Source: a virus
Lineage: Duplodnaviria > Heunggongvirae > Uroviricota > Caudoviricetes
IMG/VR virus record: IMGVR_UViG_3300031687_001264
Strand: one strand, 5' to 3'
DNA length: 64,000 bases
Of this stretch, positions 9,653 to 19,663 are shown piece after piece. A model generated the notes under the pieces. It worked only from the letters and a program-made list of their open reading frames with translations. It did no database searches and was not told where the DNA came from. Within the stretch, counting starts at the first letter, position 1, and each line of letters opens with the position of its first letter. Position numbers and translations under genes: made by a program.

Positions 9653-10216
9653 ATGCAAGGAAGAACAGAATACACGCACGACAAATTACATGAGACAATT
9701 CGATGCCAACGAAATTGGGATTGGGATAATCAAGTAACACCAGAGCATTTAGCAATTCTTGATGAATATGTAGCAAAGCCTGCGCAACAACAAGGTGAAC
9801 GAATGTTTAGTGTTGCACGAATTCATAATGATATGGAAAAAATATCTGACATACATGACAATTTAAACAAAAGTAATACTCAAGTACTGGCCCCTTTGGT
9901 GTATATTTGGTTTCCACTTGACGAACACGTCTGGGATCACCACCTTCAAGCAGGGTTTCATGCAGGAATTATATCTAAATTAGCAAACGAGTTGGGGTAT
10001 GCTACTGGGTTTTGTGGTTGTGGAGCAAGTGAAAATAGTGAATGGTCTAGTATTACAGAAAAATATAACCTAACACCAGTAGAAGATTATAAAGATCCTA
10101 TTTTTATATTAAGTATAGGACACGGAAAACCTGATACTCCATACAACAAAGACCATCTTGAAAATTTTATTCATACGCACCATCGATATGATCACGCACC
10201 AGTAAAAACAGTATAA
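9653..10216 (+). CDS. hypothetical protein flanked by the direct repeats
   Basis: ORF only. Confidence 0.45.
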   Translation: MQGRTEYTHDKLHETIRCQRNWDWDNQVTPEHLAILDEYVAKPAQQQGERMFSVARIHNDMEKISDIHDNLNKSNTQVLAPLVYIWFPLDEHVWDHHLQAGFHAGIISKLANELGYATGFCGCGASENSEWSSITEKYNLTPVEDYKDPIFILSIGHGKPDTPYNKDHLENFIHTHHRYDHAPVKTV

Positions 10217-10250
10217 TTTAATATAGGCATATGCTACGTGACACTAGTAT

Positions 10251-10285
10251 ATCATAATAACAAATGTGGTGGTTGGTCACTTTAA
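10251..10285. repeat. 35-bp direct repeat, copy 2 (intergenic)
   Basis: 34 of 35 nt identical to 9573..9607. Confidence 0.8.
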
Positions 10286-10335
10286 GATAAGTGGTCGACG
10301 ATTCACAAAATTCGCAGTTACTAATGGAGATTAAA

Positions 10336-11550
10336 ATGTCGAATCCAACATATATGGATTATTCATCAACGACCCCAGTTGATCCACGGGTCGCCAAAAA
10401 AATGGCAGATTGTTTAACAATGGAAGGCAACTTTGGCAATCCTGCATCACGTTCACATACGTACGGATGGGAAGCAGAAGCAGCCGTTGATAAAGCACGC
10501 AAACAAGTGGCAGATTTGATTGGAGCAGATACACGAGAGATTGTATGGACATCAGGCGCAACTGAATCAAACAATCTAGCACTTAAAGGCATTGCTCAGT
10601 TTTATGCAAAACGTGGTAAGCATATTATTACGTTACGAACAGAACATAAAGCAATACTAGATACTTGTCGTCAACTTGAGCGTGAGGGATTTGAAGTAAC
10701 TTACTTAGACCCAATGCCCAACGGTTTACTAGACATTGAAGTGTTTAAAAATACAATCAGAGAAGACACCATTTTAGCATCATTTATGCATGTTAATAAT
10801 GAGATTGGTGTTATACAAGACTTACACGCCATTGGTGATATCTGTAGAGAACATAAAGTATTCTTCCATGTTGACGCTGCTCAATCAGTAGGCAAAATGC
10901 CAATTGACTTAGCAACGCTCCCAGTAGATTTAATGAGTTTTTCCGCACATAAGATATACGGACCTAAAGGCATGGGTGCATTGTATGTATCACGTAAACC
11001 TAGAGTTCGTCTTGAAGCACAAATGCATGGTGGTGGTCATGAACGCGGTATGCGTTCTGGTACATTAGCAACACATCAAATTGTTGGCATGGGCGAAGCA
11101 TTTGCTATCGCACAAGAAATGATGGCAGAAGAAGAAGTTAGAACACGCGCACTTAGAGATAGGTTATACGCAGGCTTTTCAGATATGGAAGAAGTAGTAG
11201 TTAATGGTGATTTTGAACAGCGTATTGGCAGCAACTTAAATATCAGTTTCAATTACGTAGAGGGTGAATCTCTATTAATGGCAATCTCTAATATTGCAGT
11301 ATCTTCTGGTTCTGCATGTACATCTGCAAGTCTTGAACCATCATACGTTCTTAGAGCGTTAGGACTTAGTGACGAATTAGCACACAGTTCAATTCGATTT
11401 AGTGTTGGTCGTTATACAACAGAAAAAGATGTAGATGATGCAATTATTCTAGTACGACAGAAAGTAGAAAAATTAAGAGACTTATCACCATTATGGGACA
11501 TGTACAAAGATGGTGTTGATTTAAGTACGGTACAATGGGCTGCTCACTAA
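10336..11550 (+). CDS. iscS: cysteine desulfurase IscS/NifS
   Basis: N-terminus [13 protein letters not shown] with the IscS-like PLP fold. 404 aa from the ATG after RBS ggag. Confidence 0.9.
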   Translation: MSNPTYMDYSSTTPVDPRVAKKMADCLTMEGNFGNPASRSHTYGWEAEAAVDKARKQVADLIGADTREIVWTSGATESNNLALKGIAQFYAKRGKHIITLRTEHKAILDTCRQLEREGFEVTYLDPMPNGLLDIEVFKNTIREDTILASFMHVNNEIGVIQDLHAIGDICREHKVFFHVDAAQSVGKMPIDLATLPVDLMSFSAHKIYGPKGMGALYVSRKPRVRLEAQMHGGGHERGMRSGTLATHQIVGMGEAFAIAQEMMAEEEVRTRALRDRLYAGFSDMEEVVVNGDFEQRIGSNLNISFNYVEGESLLMAISNIAVSSGSACTSASLEPSYVLRALGLSDELAHSSIRFSVGRYTTEKDVDDAIILVRQKVEKLRDLSPLWDMYKDGVDLSTVQWAAH

Positions 11551-11595
11551 TAAGCAACCCTAAATAATAGTAAATTAACTAAGGAATATAATTAT

Positions 11596-11979
11596 ATGAG
11601 TTACAGTAAGGCAGTATTAGATCATTACGAAAACCCACGCAACGTAGGTAAGATGGATGAATCTGATGAAAATGTAGGTACAGGAATGGTAGGTGCACCA
11701 GCATGTGGTGACGTAATGCGTCTACAAATCAAGGTTAGCGATGAAGGCATCATTGAAGATGCTAAGTTCAAAACCTATGGGTGTGGTTCTGCAATTGCAT
11801 CAAGTTCATTGGTGACAGAAATATTAAAAGGTATGGATTTAGACGAAGCAGTTTCTATTTCTAATAGTGAAATTGCACAAGAACTTGCATTACCACCTGT
11901 TAAAATTCACTGTTCTGTATTAGCAGAAGACGCTATCAAAGCAGCAGTCGCAGATTATAAAGAAAAGCACGCCATCTAA
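11596..11979 (+). CDS. iscU: Fe-S cluster scaffold IscU
   Basis: APACGDVMRL, YGCGSAIASSS and HCSVLAE motifs. Confidence 0.9.
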   Translation: MSYSKAVLDHYENPRNVGKMDESDENVGTGMVGAPACGDVMRLQIKVSDEGIIEDAKFKTYGCGSAIASSSLVTEILKGMDLDEAVSISNSEIAQELALPPVKIHCSVLAEDAIKAAVADYKEKHAI

Positions 11980-12275
11980 TGTGGGACATCATACAAAGCA
12001 TGTCATCAGATAGACTCTGGATATGGACTGCATTGGCTGGTAGTATTTTCGGTGCATTGTTTATAGCATGGATTACTGATACTCGTGTCGCTCTATGGAC
12101 TTATGGTAAATGGTCTACATTACTAAATTATCTAGTAACTAAATGGGGTTGGACATGGTTTCAAGAAGATCCCAATGCATGGAAAAAACTAAACCCTAAT
12201 CTATCTAATAAGATAGTTGATCTAGAATCTCGCATTATCGAACTAGAAAACAAAAAAACATTAGAGGACAAGTAA
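11979..12275 (+). CDS. small membrane protein
   Basis: N-terminal transmembrane helix and coiled-coil tail. Confidence 0.4.
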   Translation: MWDIIQSMSSDRLWIWTALAGSIFGALFIAWITDTRVALWTYGKWSTLLNYLVTKWGWTWFQEDPNAWKKLNPNLSNKIVDLESRIIELENKKTLEDK

Positions 12276-13058
12276 TTGGCAACCACATATGAAACTGTGT
12301 TAGAAGTAATTCATTACACAGACGAATTATTTTATTTCAAAACAACACGTAATCCAGGATTCAGATTTAAAGATGGTGAATTCGTTATGATGGGTTTAGA
12401 TCATTTCTCAGAAAAACTTCAAAAGAATAAACCTATATTGAGAGCATACAGTATTGCTTCTCCATCGTACGCTGAATACTTAGAATTCTATAGTATCAAA
12501 GTACAAGATGGTCCGTTAACAAGTAAATTACAGCATGTTAAAGTAGGTGACAAAATCCTAGTAGGTACTAAACCAACTGGTACATTAGTCCCAGATAATG
12601 TCAAGCCAGGTCGTAATCTATATATGTTAAGTTCGGGCACTGGCGTAGCACCATTTATGGGGTTAGCACGTAGTCTTGATATTTACGACAACTATGATAA
12701 TGTAATATTGGTACACGGTACTAGAAAGATCGAAGATTTAGTTTGGAAAGATATGTGGTTAGGTCTTAACGAACACGAATTGTATGGTGAGTTAGTGCAG
12801 AATAAATTCCATTATTACGCAACGGTTTCTCGTGAAGAATATGAGAATGAAGGCAGAGTAACTACCGCACTATTCGATCATTCGATAGAAGACAAGTTAC
12901 AGTTACCACATCTTGATTCTGAATTCGATAGAGTTATGATTTGCGGGTCTATTCCATTCAATGAGGATTTACAAAATCATCTACTTGAAAAAGGATTCGT
13001 TGAAGGTAACATGAGTGATCCAGGCACATTCGTAGTAGAACGTGCATTCGTAGGATAA
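12276..13058 (+). CDS. fpr: ferredoxin/flavodoxin-NADP+ reductase
   Basis: RAYSIAS FAD motif and SSGTGVAPF NADP motif. TTG start. Confidence 0.75.
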   Translation: MATTYETVLEVIHYTDELFYFKTTRNPGFRFKDGEFVMMGLDHFSEKLQKNKPILRAYSIASPSYAEYLEFYSIKVQDGPLTSKLQHVKVGDKILVGTKPTGTLVPDNVKPGRNLYMLSSGTGVAPFMGLARSLDIYDNYDNVILVHGTRKIEDLVWKDMWLGLNEHELYGELVQNKFHYYATVSREEYENEGRVTTALFDHSIEDKLQLPHLDSEFDRVMICGSIPFNEDLQNHLLEKGFVEGNMSDPGTFVVERAFVG

Positions 13059-13063
13059 CAATA

Positions 13064-13087
13064 GCCCAGTTTAACTGGGCTTTTTTA
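13064..13087. terminator. bidirectional rho-independent terminator
   Basis: gcccag-tttaa-ctgggc followed by T6. Sits between convergent genes. Confidence 0.65.
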
Positions 13088-13891
13088 TTTGCGTTGTTTA
13101 ATCTTTTCAATATAATTAGTACTTAGGTGATCATAAATCCCATCAAAAAATTGAAACTTACTCCATGCTTTAAATGTACCTTTTACTTTATCAACAAATC
13201 GTTGCCACCAAGTAAGATCAGTTAATATTTTAAAATCATAAGTTATATAATTTAACTGTCCAACATGACGATAATATCCTAATATCGGAACTTGTGGTAT
13301 AATGTCATTATTGTTTACGAAGCGATATGCTTCTATGTTATCAAACTGTACACCCCATTCCTTATTGCCTGTTCTTGGGCATCCATATGTATACAATACC
13401 AAATCTGCGTCTAATTTAGCCACCCTACTTGCAAGGATAGTTGCCATTGCAGCACCTAGACTATGTCCTGTTATAACAAGTTTTTTAGTGGTTACTCGCT
13501 TACCTAACCATTTAATGATTGATGGGTATAACTTATCAATTTCTGTTTTAAATCCATAGTGTACATAACCAACTGTTTCACTATCGGATGGCCATGCTTT
13601 AATGTCTGCTAACATATCTTTTGCTTGTGTTGGCTCGGTTCCTCGTAATGCTATAACTATATAGTCTGGCATAACAATACCATATCCTTGTGCACTATCG
13701 TTTGTAAAAAACTTGATACTAGAATATTTTATATTATTATCTTTTAAGTATGCAGACATTCTTGCTTTATCATAATATGCTTCATCGCATAAATGTGCAC
13801 ATAATTCTGCAATTTTCCAATCTACTTCTTTATTTTGTGGCATGTAATATCTCCAATTATGTATATATTTAGTCAAATAAAGTGTTGACAA
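13085..13891 (-). CDS. class 3 (fungal-type) lipase
   Basis: GHSLGAAMA nucleophile elbow. Confidence 0.75.
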   Translation of the reverse strand: MSTLYLTKYIHNWRYYMPQNKEVDWKIAELCAHLCDEAYYDKARMSAYLKDNNIKYSSIKFFTNDSAQGYGIVMPDYIVIALRGTEPTQAKDMLADIKAWPSDSETVGYVHYGFKTEIDKLYPSIIKWLGKRVTTKKLVITGHSLGAAMATILASRVAKLDADLVLYTYGCPRTGNKEWGVQFDNIEAYRFVNNNDIIPQVPILGYYRHVGQLNYITYDFKILTDLTWWQRFVDKVKGTFKAWSKFQFFDGIYDHLSTNYIEKIKQRK

Positions 13892-13903
13892 GTAAGGCTT
13901 CTT
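13875..13903 (+). promoter_or_regulatory. sigma70-type early promoter
   Basis: TTGACAAGTAAGG at 13875 and TATAAT at 13898-13903. Confidence 0.6.
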
Positions 13904-13944
13904 ATTGTATAATGGTTACATAAGTTAATAAAGAGAGCAAGACT

Positions 13945-14085
13945 ATGAACAATGAAGAAATCATGCAGAAGATTGAACAGGCTGAACGTTACGTAAATTC
14001 ATTACATGGCAATACATCTGATATTAAGATGAAGAAGTATGCTATCAACAAAAAAATTAATAAATTAAAAGCACAATTAGTATAA
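13945..14085 (+). CDS. 46-aa coiled-coil peptide
   Basis: RBS aaagagag. Lies between two copies of the early promoter. Confidence 0.35.
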   Translation: MNNEEIMQKIEQAERYVNSLHGNTSDIKMKKYAINKKINKLKAQLV

Positions 14086-14092
14086 TTAGGGG

Positions 14093-14122
14093 TTGACACG
14101 TAAGGCTCCTTATAGTATAATG
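14093..14122 (+). promoter_or_regulatory. sigma70-type early promoter (TTGACACGTAAGG variant)
   Basis: TATAAT at 14117-14122. The downstream 30 nt match the promoter at 13875. Confidence 0.55.
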
Positions 14123-14160
14123 GTTACATAAGTTAATTAATGAAAGAAAGAGAGAACGAT

Positions 14161-14553
14161 ATGAGTACTAGAAGCGCAATTGGTTACATGACTCCAAACG
14201 GTAGTGTTCGTGCAGTATATTGTCATTTCGATGGCTACGTTACTAACGGTGTTGGCGAAACACTAGTTACCGAATGGCAGGCGGCTTATCGTGTAGCACA
14301 GTTAGTTGAATCAGGTGATATGAGTCAACTAGGATACGATCTTACAGATTGCATCATATATGGTCGTGATCGTGGTGAAACTGATGCATCTACTAATGAA
14401 TTTGAGTCAGTACTTGAATACATCAAGTTTTATGATGATTGTGAATACTTCTACTTATATACTCGTGACGGTTGGTTAGTTCAGACTGAGGCAGGCGGAA
14501 GATTTACTCGCGTTGACACATATCTACAAGCAGAAAAAAACATGGCGGTATAA
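14161..14553 (+). CDS. hypothetical protein
   Basis: Start moved to the ATG after RBS gaaagagag. Confidence 0.45.
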   Translation: MSTRSAIGYMTPNGSVRAVYCHFDGYVTNGVGETLVTEWQAAYRVAQLVESGDMSQLGYDLTDCIIYGRDRGETDASTNEFESVLEYIKFYDDCEYFYLYTRDGWLVQTEAGGRFTRVDTYLQAEKNMAV

Positions 14554-14555
14554 TA

Positions 14556-15104
14556 ATGAGTAAAGAAATCTTGGCAGAAACGGTTGCTCACACTGCTCAT
14601 GCAGCAGTCGGACAATTAAGGAAATACAGTGATGAACCATACATTGTTCATCCTCGTGAAGTAGCAGAGATTGTTAGGTTTTACGGTGGATCTACTATTC
14701 AAATTCAAGCCGCATTCCTTCATGACGTGGTAGAAGATACTTCACTTACAGTTGATTTCATATCTAAAATGTTTGGTACAGAAGTCGCTACAATGGTAGA
14801 TTGGCTAACTGATGTATCTGTTCCCGACGATGGTAACAGGAAAATTAGAAAAGCACTTGATCGCGCACACTTAGCAGATGCTCCTTTAGAGGCTCAATTT
14901 GTAAAAGTTGCTGACTTGATTTCAAACTCCAAATCTATATGCGAGGCTAATGAAGGGTTCACAATAGTCTATATGCAAGAAAAAGAATTATTGTTACGTG
15001 ACATGACCAAAATTCACGGGACTGACATATACAATCGTGCAATGCGATTACTAGAACAATATTATGTGGGAACACCACATGAACCGTTATTAACAGGAGA
15101 ATAA
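14556..15104 (+). CDS. small alarmone hydrolase (RelA/SpoT-type HD domain, (p)ppGpp hydrolase)
   Basis: HP...AAFLHDVVEDT HD_4 signature. 182 aa with no synthetase domain. Confidence 0.75.
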   Translation: MSKEILAETVAHTAHAAVGQLRKYSDEPYIVHPREVAEIVRFYGGSTIQIQAAFLHDVVEDTSLTVDFISKMFGTEVATMVDWLTDVSVPDDGNRKIRKALDRAHLADAPLEAQFVKVADLISNSKSICEANEGFTIVYMQEKELLLRDMTKIHGTDIYNRAMRLLEQYYVGTPHEPLLTGE

Positions 15105-15105
15105 A

Positions 15106-15276
15106 ATGATAACACAAGATGACATCGATGCTTTTGCAGATAACCAAGAACTTCCAAAAATAACTCGTGTAGAAGTTATTGGAAATGATGGTAGATTGCT
15201 TGTTAAGTATGTTAAGAATGCTAGAATCAGTATGCAAGATGATTACAGCACTTTAAAGATATTCTTAGAAGAATGA
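15106..15276 (+). CDS. hypothetical small protein (56 aa)
   Basis: RBS aggaga. Not in the ORF track. Confidence 0.35.
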   Translation: MITQDDIDAFADNQELPKITRVEVIGNDGRLLVKYVKNARISMQDDYSTLKIFLEE

Positions 15277-15321
15277 GCATGATGCAGGAAGAGTTTAAAC
15301 TCAAAGCAAAAAGAAGAAACA

Positions 15322-15765
15322 ATGGGGAAATTTTTAATGACTATGTCACTAGTAGGTCCAGGACTAACAACTACATCTTATAAGAAGCGTAAGCAAACTA
15401 ATCGTACTAAAGTGCAGCAATCTATATTTGAAAACCAACATCGAGATCACAATAAGCGTATGAAGCAAAGTGGTGCACATGATCAAATGATGTCGTTAGC
15501 AGAATATGATTTGTATGTACGTGGTAACTACAAACCTAAAGCAAAGAAGTTCAAGGAACTTGTTCCATCGGCTGCATTTCAGCGTGATACAAAACAATAT
15601 CCTAGCAAGGGAACTGGCATTGGTGTAGCATCTAAAAAAGAATCGCCTGCGTATACTGGTGAACAAAAACTACTTGGCATCGCTACAATGCATAAAAGTA
15701 ACATGGTTCCTATATTTGAAGATAACAAACAGATGGCAATTGAAATTGCAAGGATGAGACGATGA
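15322..15765 (+). CDS. hypothetical basic protein
   Basis: ORF only. Confidence 0.4.
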   Translation: MGKFLMTMSLVGPGLTTTSYKKRKQTNRTKVQQSIFENQHRDHNKRMKQSGAHDQMMSLAEYDLYVRGNYKPKAKKFKELVPSAAFQRDTKQYPSKGTGIGVASKKESPAYTGEQKLLGIATMHKSNMVPIFEDNKQMAIEIARMRR

Positions 15766-15986
15766 GCGATATTAAATTTACAACAGCAGGTGATTATATG
15801 AAGGATGTAGACATGATCGAAGAAGAAACAATTAATGAAGTAATGACAGAAAAGGCAGCAGCAGAACGTTTGCGCAAAAGTGAAGCGGCTCGTGCTAAAC
15901 GCAAAGCAGTAAAAGAAAAAAAGGAATTAAACCGTGGTGTTTTTGATAAATCAAAACTAACCTATACAGACGGAGATAATACCTAA
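15762..15986 (+). CDS. hypothetical protein
   Basis: ORF with overlapping start. Confidence 0.4.
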   Translation: MSDIKFTTAGDYMKDVDMIEEETINEVMTEKAAAERLRKSEAARAKRKAVKEKKELNRGVFDKSKLTYTDGDNT

Positions 15987-16037
15987 TAGCAGAAGAGTTG
16001 CTATTGTTTGTCGCTGAAAAAGAAGTGGTAGAGGAAG

Positions 16038-16223
16038 ATGAATATGAAGATGAGTAATTGTTGGGATATGTATGAACCTGATGTTGTGGAGTATTACGAT
16101 ACTCCTCTCAGGGATTTTGACTACGTTGAGAAACAACGGTTACAGAATAAAAGAGATGCAGGGGTGAAGCAATGGCATAAGCCAAGCATGCCTAAGCAAT
16201 TACCAGATGGAGATAACACATAA
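16038..16223 (+). CDS. hypothetical protein
   Basis: ORF only. Confidence 0.3.
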   Translation: MNMKMSNCWDMYEPDVVEYYDTPLRDFDYVEKQRLQNKRDAGVKQWHKPSMPKQLPDGDNT

Positions 16224-16471
16224 TGATACAAACTATTTTTGGGTTAATGTTGCTAGTTGGTGTGGGATTCGTATTTGGCGTTAGCGAATCAACAGTTAGA
16301 ACTACACTACCAGATTACGAAATGGCAGTTGGTTTATGCGTTTTCAACGATGGTGTCGATTTCATGACAATTAATAGCGAAGATAATAACGATGATTATA
16401 TGGAATTAGTTACTTGCAACAACGGTGCTGAATTCAAACTGAAGCCACCATCGAAATATTTTGATGAATAA
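16223..16471 (+). CDS. small protein with N-terminal transmembrane helix or signal peptide
   Basis: ORF with hydrophobic N-terminus. Confidence 0.4.
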   Translation: MIQTIFGLMLLVGVGFVFGVSESTVRTTLPDYEMAVGLCVFNDGVDFMTINSEDNNDDYMELVTCNNGAEFKLKPPSKYFDE

Positions 16472-17186
16472 AGATCAAGTAATTAAATCAAATTGGTTTG
16501 ATAAATTTCATATCGGCAATGACAAACCCGGCACTTATCACTTTCGTGAAGAAGGAGAAAAACGTGTCTGGGAATCAAATAAAATAGAAGCAACTAAATT
16601 AGGATGGAGTGAACACAATGTTACGTACAATATTAACGAACATGGTTATAGAGGCGCAATTGAACCAGGAGTGGGTGTTGCTGCCGCTTTCGGTTGTAGT
16701 TTTACATTTGGTTCAAGCGTAGACGAAAATCAACATTGGCCCTATATATTAGACATTGCAAACTGTGGTCAACCCGGCAGTTCTAATGACAAAATTGCAC
16801 GACTCGCAATTAGTTATATAAATACTTTTAAGCCTACTGATATCTATGTCTGCTGGACATTTCCACAACGTAGAGAATGGGTAGATGAAAAAGGCAATGT
16901 GATTGCATTTAAGAATGTAACACCCGTAGAAGCCTCTCAAATGTTATCACAAACTTGGGTAAGTTGGGATAACGCACTATTGTATCTTAGTAATGATTTG
17001 TGGGATGAATATAATTATATCAAGAACATAATGCTACTAGAAGGTGTTTGTTCTATGAATAATATCAAATTACACCAAACAAGTGTATTAGATATGAACC
17101 ACACACAATACCCATACGGAAGGGATTTAACCCATCCAGGACCTGATTGGCATGTTATCATCGCAGAACAATTTCTCAATAATTAA
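16461..17186 (+). CDS. SGNH/GDSL-like hydrolase (putative)
   Basis: Candidate SGNH blocks GCSFTFG, GQPGSSND and DWH. Confidence 0.35.
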   Translation: MMNKDQVIKSNWFDKFHIGNDKPGTYHFREEGEKRVWESNKIEATKLGWSEHNVTYNINEHGYRGAIEPGVGVAAAFGCSFTFGSSVDENQHWPYILDIANCGQPGSSNDKIARLAISYINTFKPTDIYVCWTFPQRREWVDEKGNVIAFKNVTPVEASQMLSQTWVSWDNALLYLSNDLWDEYNYIKNIMLLEGVCSMNNIKLHQTSVLDMNHTQYPYGRDLTHPGPDWHVIIAEQFLNN

Positions 17187-17835
17187 TAACTGGTTTAATA
17201 ACCATATCTCATTAGGTGGCAGTGTTCATATAGTACATGACACTGTTTCACTTATCGGTTCGCCCAAACCATATCTAACTGATATCTATGATAGATTCTC
17301 AAAACTAACATTCGAAGATGTAGAGCATTTCATGGGCTCTCGTATCTTAGACAATTCAATGCCCAATCGTGCATTGATCGAAGATGCAACTAAGTTGTAT
17401 TATCTAGAAGAACAAATCAAACAAGACAAACTAATATTCAAACCGCAACTATTACACGAACCTTGGGCAGATAGATATCGTGTTCATCCTGGTTCGGGTC
17501 GTATCGCAGCAATGTGGAAATGTGATCCCATAAAACCTATAGAAAGCATCTATATTCACTTCAATGAAGACATATTTACTATCCCTCAGAATAGCACCGA
17601 AGTGAGGTCCTCAGAGGCTTTCTTAGACGCAATCACGTATAAGGCGACTAATAGCATAGATTGTACAGTGGAACCAGCGTTAAAACGTACGGAACGAGAC
17701 ACCGAATGGAATCCAACAATAGTAAGTACCGTAAATTGGGAATTCATTCGTTATAGTGAAGGGAAATATTTCTTGGAATATAAGCAAGCATGGCGTGACT
17801 ACGCACTCGACTTATGGTTACTACTTAATCGCTAG
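17152..17835 (+). CDS. hypothetical protein
   Basis: ORF only. Confidence 0.4.
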   Translation: MLSSQNNFSIINNWFNNHISLGGSVHIVHDTVSLIGSPKPYLTDIYDRFSKLTFEDVEHFMGSRILDNSMPNRALIEDATKLYYLEEQIKQDKLIFKPQLLHEPWADRYRVHPGSGRIAAMWKCDPIKPIESIYIHFNEDIFTIPQNSTEVRSSEAFLDAITYKATNSIDCTVEPALKRTERDTEWNPTIVSTVNWEFIRYSEGKYFLEYKQAWRDYALDLWLLLNR

Positions 17836-18525
17836 ATTAGATCTAACCCAGTCATGCATTTCAGGCGTGTTATGCGCATTGATAACTAACCAATAACTAT
17901 CTTTAGTACTTGCATTAAATAATGCATGCTCTAATGTAGTGTTCACTGCATATAGTTGGCCCATTTCAAAATAAAGCGGCTTATCTTCTAACATAAATCT
18001 AAACCACGGATTTGTAGTATTAGATAACGCCATTATTAATCTAAACGTATCCACATTTTCACCACGACTATCTCGATGTGGTGGGAAATAACCGCCTGGC
18101 GATACTCTCAATATATGCGTTCTACCACATAAATGTAATATATCACCAAGTAACTCTTTCATTGAAGTGAGATCATACACAGGGGTAGTTTTATCAAAAT
18201 CTTTTTCACTGTAATCTGTATTATATTTTCTATTCCATTCATACAGACTATTCAATGCGGGACCAGATTGATTTAAACCACTTTCATTTATTACACATAG
18301 ACCGTCTCGCTTAATATGTGGTTTAAATTCATTGTATTGTTCCCATTTATCGTCAAACTGTGATAGTTCTTCCATAAATCTGCTAGTATTAATACTCTTA
18401 TCTAATAAGATTTGATTTCCTAAATTAAAAATTACAGACATATAACTATTCCTTAAAAGATGTATCGCCGGGAAACAATGGTAATTGTGTACCTGGCGCA
18501 CGCTTAGGTATCTTACTATCTGCAC
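17821..18525 (-). CDS. Asp/Asn beta-hydroxylase-family 2OG-Fe(II) oxygenase
   Basis: PGGYFPPHRDSRGE ... TLEHALFN ... LVINAH. An HxD...H facial triad with spacing typical of the AspH/LpxO family. Confidence 0.5.
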   Translation of the reverse strand: MQIVRYLSVRQVHNYHCFPAIHLLRNSYMSVIFNLGNQILLDKSINTSRFMEELSQFDDKWEQYNEFKPHIKRDGLCVINESGLNQSGPALNSLYEWNRKYNTDYSEKDFDKTTPVYDLTSMKELLGDILHLCGRTHILRVSPGGYFPPHRDSRGENVDTFRLIMALSNTTNPWFRFMLEDKPLYFEMGQLYAVNTTLEHALFNASTKDSYWLVINAHNTPEMHDWVRSNLAIK

Positions 18526-19663
18526 TACTCACGCACGCATTAGTCGTACATACTGTGGGTGCATCAAATAACTTGAAACCTGTTTCTATATTTCCTAACG
18601 GCTGATCTACGCAACTATAACTACGCTTCACACTACCATCTGGTTCTCTGATAATAATACTACGATGACCAGATGAACATTCCCAGCCCTTGAATTTATT
18701 AAAACCAAATGCGTTGAATCGTTCAGCCTGATCCATGAACCAATGCTTGTTATCTTTATCCATGAACTCAACTTGAAAATGCTGAGGCACTGTTACATTC
18801 TCTTCCCAATACAACGGATCCCCATCTTTCTTAAATGTAGGTGTCGGGCGTGTAACCAACTGAGTCTTTTTCGCTTTATCTTCTGTATAACCACGCTGTG
18901 GCATACCGTTGTGTAATCGCTCCATCTGCTCTGCGGTGTAACCATCTACTATCTTACTAGCAGTAGGATCAGACATAGGCTTTAATGTACAGTTGATTCC
19001 CTGATTATGAAAGAATAACGCATTATCCCAATCTCGCTCAAACCATTCTGGAACCATCACTTGATTGATAGTTACTTGTACATCATGTTCTTGACAGAAT
19101 ATTAACTTATCAGCAAAGACTTGCATCTTTTCTCTAGTGTCTAAATGCTCTGTGTGCAAACTTGCTGTAATACTTGCTCTATGAAATGGTGCGACATTCT
19201 TAACATAAGTCTCAAACCACTTCATGGGACGTGACATATTAGTTGTCATGTGAACTGATGTGTAATTAGTGTTATCTACATCATCTGCAAGGTGTTTCAT
19301 TATATCCAAATATCCCGGATGGAATGTTGGTTCACCCCCGCTTAAACTAAAGTGAAAACTATTGAAACCATTGTCTCGTGCTTGACGCTTAATCTCGTCA
19401 ACTGTACGTAAACATAACTCAGTAGGTCTAAAGTCTTTCTTATCACTACGAGCGTAAGGCCAGCAGTAACTACAACGATAGTTACAATAGCGTCCCAGTA
19501 ACCAACTAATACTGAATAAATCGCGATGAAGCATTGTGCGTTGCCCTACTCTTACTAAATCATCAAATGGTATTTTAGTAAAATCGTATGTACTGTATTT
19601 TAAATCTTCGCTCATTTTAGATGCACCATGAAATCTTTTTATCGCCATAATATTCTCTAGCAA
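18446..19663 (-). CDS. radical SAM enzyme with C-terminal SPASM/twitch domain (canonical order)
   Basis: CNYRCSYC, SGGEP and C-terminal C...DGSV...C..PLGNI...C..C. Confidence 0.75.
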   Translation of the reverse strand: MLENIMAIKRFHGASKMSEDLKYSTYDFTKIPFDDLVRVGQRTMLHRDLFSISWLLGRYCNYRCSYCWPYARSDKKDFRPTELCLRTVDEIKRQARDNGFNSFHFSLSGGEPTFHPGYLDIMKHLADDVDNTNYTSVHMTTNMSRPMKWFETYVKNVAPFHRASITASLHTEHLDTREKMQVFADKLIFCQEHDVQVTINQVMVPEWFERDWDNALFFHNQGINCTLKPMSDPTASKIVDGYTAEQMERLHNGMPQRGYTEDKAKKTQLVTRPTPTFKKDGDPLYWEENVTVPQHFQVEFMDKDNKHWFMDQAERFNAFGFNKFKGWECSSGHRSIIIREPDGSVKRSYSCVDQPLGNIETGFKLFDAPTVCTTNACVSSADSKIPKRAPGTQLPLFPGDTSFKE

